Assembly (NCBI GenBank): GCA_016202435.1
Contig: JACQOR010000007.1
Span: 3,284-67,283 of the forward strand
DNA length: 64,000 bases
Source: Chloroflexota bacterium
Lineage (GTDB): Bacteria; Chloroflexota; UBA6077; SHYK01
Direction: 5' to 3'
In this document: one piece after another, positions 60,263 to 64,000 of the stretch
Position numbering within the stretch: the stretch's first letter is position 1
Layout of the letters: the number at the start of each line of letters is the position of its first letter
The notes under the pieces: generated by a model
Told to the model about the DNA's origin: nothing
The model's database searches: none
Seen by the model: the letters and a program-made list of their open reading frames with translations, nothing else
Program-made: the position numbers and the translations under genes

Positions 60263-60445
60263 TCGGCAACAGCGCTTTCCGCACATCCTGGCGCCGCCAA
60301 CCTGGACTCGCTTTTCTTGGGTAGACTGAGTCGTTGCAAGCTGGGCAGGCAGCCGAGACGGTCCACCTTTAGGGAGATTGACGTCTCGGCCGAAGCTCCG
60401 GGGGAAGGGCGTGAGAATGTGCTCGTCGCGACTCGGAGCGCCGTA

Positions 60446-61126
60446 ATGGCCACGCGTATCCTGATCGCAGATGATGACGCCAGCTTGGTGAGGGTCTTGC
60501 GACTCGCCCTCGCCCGGGACGGCTATGAAATCGTCACCGCGGGTGACGGAGAGACCGCCCTCAAACTTTTCCAGACCGAGTCACCTGACCTCATTGTGCT
60601 GGATGCTGCGTTGCCGCGCTTGGATGGCTTCACCGTGACCGAGCGCATCCGGGCGAATAGCCCCGACATCCCTATCATGATGCTGACGGCTCGGGACGTC
60701 GTCCTCGATCGCCTGGCCAGCCTGGTTCACGGCGCCGACGACTACCTGGTGAAGCCCTTCGCCGTGGACGAGCTAGAAGTACGAATTCCCGCTCTCCTTC
60801 GGCGGCATCAGGCCACAACGACGTCTCGGGTCCTGGCCTTCAGTGACCTCAGCGTTGACCTCGATACCCACGAGGTGTTTCGGGACGACCAGGAGCTTCA
60901 ACTCACACCCCACCAATTCCGGTTGCTTGCCGTCTTCTTGCAGAACCCGCGAAAGGTCCTTTCGCGCGACCAGCTATGTCGGCAGGCTTGGGGCTATCCG
61001 TATCATGGCGAGTCGAACTTCATAGACGTGACCGTCAAGGAGCTTCGCCGCCGAACCGAGGTAGGGGGGCGCCCGCGCCTCATCCAAACCGTACGCGGCT
61101 TCGGATACGCACTCCGCGCGCACTAG
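60446..61126 (+). CDS. OmpR-family response regulator (REC plus winged helix), orphan
   Basis: Phospho-acceptor Asp in LIVLDAALP. wHTH C-terminal domain. No histidine kinase adjacent. Start at ATG 60446. Confidence 0.85.
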   Translation: MATRILIADDDASLVRVLRLALARDGYEIVTAGDGETALKLFQTESPDLIVLDAALPRLDGFTVTERIRANSPDIPIMMLTARDVVLDRLASLVHGADDYLVKPFAVDELEVRIPALLRRHQATTTSRVLAFSDLSVDLDTHEVFRDDQELQLTPHQFRLLAVFLQNPRKVLSRDQLCRQAWGYPYHGESNFIDVTVKELRRRTEVGGRPRLIQTVRGFGYALRAH

Positions 61127-61245
61127 ACCCATCCTCATCGAATCCTCACGCAATTCTCACATTGCTTTCATCACAGCCTCATGCAGCAGCCTCACAATCA
61201 GATCTCGGGATAAGTGCGCGGCGGGGAGTTGCGGGAGCGGGAACC

Positions 61246-61743
61246 ATGGCGCACTGGCGGCGACTCATCGATCTCCTCGAAACGCAGGGAATCCCCTACC
61301 AGACGCACGTCTCCGAGCGAGACGAAGCGGATCCCGGCACTGACCGACTTTCCGGACGCTGCGTCGCTACGGTGGTGATCGCTTCTCCCGAACAGCGGGC
61401 TGCACTGCTCGTCACGCGAGCGGACCGAGAGATCGACCTCTCTGCCGTGGGGCGGGCGTTGAGACATCCCGAGGTGCGGCTCGCCAGCGACGACGAGTTG
61501 GGTCAACTCTTTCCAGACTGCGAACTCGGCGCCATGCCTCCGTTTGGTAACTGGTACGGCATCCCGGTGTTTCTCGATGAGCAGCTCGCACAGGAACAGG
61601 AAGTCACCTTCTACGCCGGCAGCAGGGCCCGGAGCATTACCCTGCCCATGGCAGCCCTCGAGCTATTTTCAAATGCCCGTCGCGTGTTCCTCGGCGCACC
61701 GGGACGCTCCACGACCGACTCTGAACTAGGAGAGGTGGCTTAG
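61246..61743 (+). CDS. YbaK / aminoacyl-tRNA-synthetase-associated deacylase-domain protein
   Basis: YbaK-like fold length and motifs (GAMPPFG). Start ATG 61246. Confidence 0.7.
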   Translation: MAHWRRLIDLLETQGIPYQTHVSERDEADPGTDRLSGRCVATVVIASPEQRAALLVTRADREIDLSAVGRALRHPEVRLASDDELGQLFPDCELGAMPPFGNWYGIPVFLDEQLAQEQEVTFYAGSRARSITLPMAALELFSNARRVFLGAPGRSTTDSELGEVA

Positions 61744-61783
61744 CCCGCGCCCCTTACCGGTGACTCGTCCCAGCACGAGCGGC

Positions 61784-61815
61784 GGCGACGCGCCCTTTTC
61801 GGCAGGGCCGTCGCC
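61784..61815 (+). terminator. Candidate terminator hairpin after the ybaK-like gene (GGCGACGCGCCC-loop-GGGCCGTCGCC), no U-tract
   Basis: Imperfect 11-12-bp GC-rich inverted repeat about 40 nt after the stop codon. Confidence 0.3.
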
Positions 61816-62101
61816 TCAAGCTCGGACTCACGCGATCTCCTCGATGCTTCTCGCGCCTTCTCGCCTTCTCTTCCGGAGCTATCGCGGCCTCACGAATCGC
61901 CCGATAGAAGTTCCCCGAGGATTCTCTCAGCGACCTTTGCGCCGGAGCACCCGGTTCCGTAGACAGCGGAAGGCGACCCTCGATCCATTAGCCACGTGGG
62001 CGGACCTTTTTCCGCAAGGCTCGCCGCCATCGAGATGACCCACAGGCCCGGATAGGCCAGTACGCGCGGCTCGCGGCTGCCAGCGTGGCGACCCTCACTA
62101 G

Positions 62102-62143
62102 TTAGTACACACTTGCTGCTATTCTTAGTGCGTGCTAACATAG
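62102..62143 (+). promoter_or_regulatory. Candidate promoter (TTGCTG-N16-TAACAT) with overlapping DtxR/IdeR-like imperfect palindrome, upstream of the Fe3+ ABC transporter
   Basis: TTAGTACACAC ... TTAGTGCGTGCTAACATAG. The latter matches 12 of 19 positions of the iron-box consensus TTAGGTTAGGCTAACCTAA. Confidence 0.3.
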
Positions 62144-62194
62144 GGCCGGTTTCCTTGTCCCGCACTAGGGATTACCTTGACCTGGAGGAAACGA

Positions 62195-63250
62195 ATGCCC
62201 CAGCATTTTTCGGCGCTCCGGATCTTGACCTTTCGGCTCCTGGCCCTGCTTGGTCTGGCGCTGCTCGTTGCTAGTTGCCAGCCGGCGGCTCCAGGGAGCG
62301 GGCCCGCGAGCGCCGCTGGCACGCCCGGCACGCTCACGGTCTATTCAGGCCGCACCGAGGCTTTGGTGGGCCCGCTCCTGGATCGGTTCAGGCGAGAGAC
62401 GTCGATAGACATCCGGGTCCGTTATGGGGATTCCGCCGAACTGGCAGCCGCGATTCTTGAAGAAGGGGCGAACAGTCCGGCTGACGTGTTCTTCGCCCAG
62501 GATGCGGGAGCGCTCGGCGCCATTGCCAACCGCAATCTTCTGGCGGCGCTACCCGACTCAACTCTGAACAAAGTCGACCCCCGTTTCCGCTCTGCCAACA
62601 GGAATTGGGTCGGGGTATCAGGACGAGCCCGGGTCGTCGTCTACAACCCGCAGAGCGTTCAAGACCAGCAGCTCCCCGACTCCGTGCTTGGCCTTACCGA
62701 TCCGGTCTGGCGCGGCCGCGTCGGATGGGCCCCCACGAATTCCTCCTTCCAGGCTTTCGTGACCGCTCTGCGGCGAACGGAGGGCGAGGACGTCGCCCGC
62801 CGCTGGCTCGAGGGCATGAGGCAGAATCAGACCAAGAGCTTCGCAAACAACACCGCGATTGTGCAGGCCGTGGCCTCCGGCGAAATCGACCTTGGCCTCG
62901 TCAATCACTACTACCTATTCGCTATTCAAAAGGACCAAGGGGCAATTTCCGCCCGAAACTACCATCCACGAGACGGTAGGGCAGGCGCGATGATCAATGT
63001 TGCCGGCGCGGGGATTCTCGCCACCTCTAACAACCAAGAAGCGGCACGCCGTTTTCTGGACTATCTGTTGTCGCCGGAGTCGCAGACCTATTTCACGACC
63101 CAGACGTTCGAGTACCCGCTCTTGCAGGGGCTACCGCAGCCGCAGGGCGCAGCACCCATTGACCAGATCAAGACACCGAACATTGACCTGGGGAGTCTCG
63201 CGGATCTAGACGCGACCCTGCGCATGTTGCGCGATGTGGGGGCGCTCTGA
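62195..63250 (+). CDS. Fe3+ ABC transporter substrate-binding lipoprotein (FbpA/AfuA-like)
   Basis: GGAGGA RBS then ATG at 62195. Lipobox LVASC. SBP_bac_1 iron-type fold. Confidence 0.85.
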   Translation: MPQHFSALRILTFRLLALLGLALLVASCQPAAPGSGPASAAGTPGTLTVYSGRTEALVGPLLDRFRRETSIDIRVRYGDSAELAAAILEEGANSPADVFFAQDAGALGAIANRNLLAALPDSTLNKVDPRFRSANRNWVGVSGRARVVVYNPQSVQDQQLPDSVLGLTDPVWRGRVGWAPTNSSFQAFVTALRRTEGEDVARRWLEGMRQNQTKSFANNTAIVQAVASGEIDLGLVNHYYLFAIQKDQGAISARNYHPRDGRAGAMINVAGAGILATSNNQEAARRFLDYLLSPESQTYFTTQTFEYPLLQGLPQPQGAAPIDQIKTPNIDLGSLADLDATLRMLRDVGAL

Positions 63251-63360
63251 GCCAACCCTTTTGTAGACAGGGCTCGCGCGGAGGGAAGAGGAACCTCGCC
63301 GCAGACCGCGAAGGGCTCTCCGGCGACGAATCGGCATGACCTCCAGGCATAGGGTTACCC

Positions 63361-64000
63361 ATGCTAACATTGCCCGCGTTTACCGAGGGAGCGACGATCA
63401 CTGACCCTGCCCCAAGTCGCCAACAGTCTTTAGCCTCGCGCCGCTCCTTCGCTCCGGATCACGGTTCGCTAACCGTCACCCCGGACCTCCGAATCTCACG
63501 ACCGCGAATTCCGCTAGCGCTCGCAGTCCCGGGCACGCTGGTAGCCCTGGCCATGCTGCTTCCGCTCACGTACCTGCTTCTCCGGGCCGCAGGAGCAGGT
63601 CAGGAGGCCCTATCCTTTCTCACCAGCCCTCGCATAGCCCAGCTGTTGTGGCAGACCATTCTGTTGGCCGGAGCCGTGACGCTGCTAGCAGCACTGCTAG
63701 GAGTTCCTCTCGCATGGCTCACGACGCGGACGGACCTCCCCTTCCGGCGATTCTGGTCGGTGCTGCTCGTTCTGCCCCTGGCTATCCCGACGTACGTGGG
63801 AGCATTTACCCTCGTCGCAGCCCTGGGTCCACGCGGCCTGTTGCAGCAGGCACTGGAAGGCGGGTTTGGGATTCAGCGCCTACCCGACATCTACGGATTC
63901 GGAGGCGCGACCCTCGCGCTCACTCTGTTCACGTATCCGTATATTCTGCTCACGGTTCGCGGCGCCGTGCTGCGACTCGATCCCGGCTTTGATCAAGCCT
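63361..64000 (+). CDS. Iron ABC transporter permease (FbpB-like), partial; runs off the window end
   Basis: Frame not in ORF track (no stop within window). Translation gives TM segments and the ABC-permease pattern (RIAQLLWQTILLAGAVTLLAALLGVPLAWL...). Confidence 0.8.
   Translation, partial: MLTLPAFTEGATITDPAPSRQQSLASRRSFAPDHGSLTVTPDLRISRPRIPLALAVPGTLVALAMLLPLTYLLLRAAGAGQEALSFLTSPRIAQLLWQTILLAGAVTLLAALLGVPLAWLTTRTDLPFRRFWSVLLVLPLAIPTYVGAFTLVAALGPRGLLQQALEGGFGIQRLPDIYGFGGATLALTLFTYPYILLTVRGAVLRLDPGFDQA

Noticed and set aside
61760-62165. Track ORFs 61760..62038 (+) and 61890..62165 (-) upstream of the Fe3+ SBP gene
   Set aside because: No RBS and poor codon character. The region is better explained as terminator plus promoter/operator.
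63648-63992. Track ORF 63648..63992 (+)
   Set aside because: Out of frame with the well-supported iron ABC permease (63361 onward), which is open to the window end.

Overview
High-GC (about 67%) bacterial chromosomal segment, densely coding and dominated by housekeeping genes. I see no IS element, prophage or CRISPR array. Gene order (strand in parentheses) from left to right:

- partial PPC-domain protein (-)
- tRNA-Pro(GGG) with a perfect 16-bp terminator
- HIRAN-domain protein (+)
- zf-trcl zinc-ribbon protein and DEAD-box helicase operon (-)
- 2-subunit xanthine-dehydrogenase-family molybdoenzyme, CoxS/CoxL-like with no FAD subunit (+)
- dienelactone hydrolase (+)
- three orphan family-5 ABC substrate-binding lipoproteins (7199, 10949, 22471)
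- NuoE-like and NuoF-like pair, split by a conserved noncoding element
- GGDEF membrane protein coupled to murE (-)
- uvrC (+)
- coaE and C45 peptidase (-)
- map (+)
- groES-groEL with a CIRCE operator (-)
- secG and yvcK-like gene (-)
- membrane-anchored class-A beta-lactamase-like hydrolase (+)
- gpsA (-) / plsY (+)
- ribD-ribE-ribBA-ribH operon (-)
- citrate synthase (-)
- YyaL/DUF255 thioredoxin-domain protein (+)
- menA-like prenyltransferase (+)
- a 30-aa ribosomal-protein bS22-like ORF that is not in the ORF track
- class II aldolase (-)
- RNase P RNA (rnpB, minus strand), hidden in the 600-bp gap upstream of guaB
- guaB (+)
- usp (-)
- trmI (+)
- archaeal-style polyamine operon pdaD-speH-speE-speB plus an MFS transporter (+)
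- S41 C-terminal processing protease (-)
- cyclophilin (+)
- ilvD (+)
- MBL hydrolase (-)
- comEC (+)
- RDD-family protein (+)
- hypothetical protein and FAD oxidoreductase pair (-)
- pcrA/uvrD (+)
- orphan OmpR-family response regulator (+)
- YbaK-like deacylase (+)
- Fe3+ ABC substrate-binding protein and permease, running off the window (+)

Most notable non-obvious signals:
1. A roughly 130-nt conserved noncoding element present twice (9443 and 51287).
2. ribBA and ribH in the same frame, separated by a single TAA, with the conserved RibH N-terminus lacking an ATG/GTG/TTG start.
3. MurE with the DNPR motif changed to DDPI.
4. A NuoF-like protein whose FMN glycine loop is degenerate.
5. A pyruvoyl-ArgDC-based spermidine cluster.

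My own base counting can be off by one or two positions. Feature coordinates taken from the ORF track are exact; those I located by counting (RNAs, repeats, motifs) are approximate.
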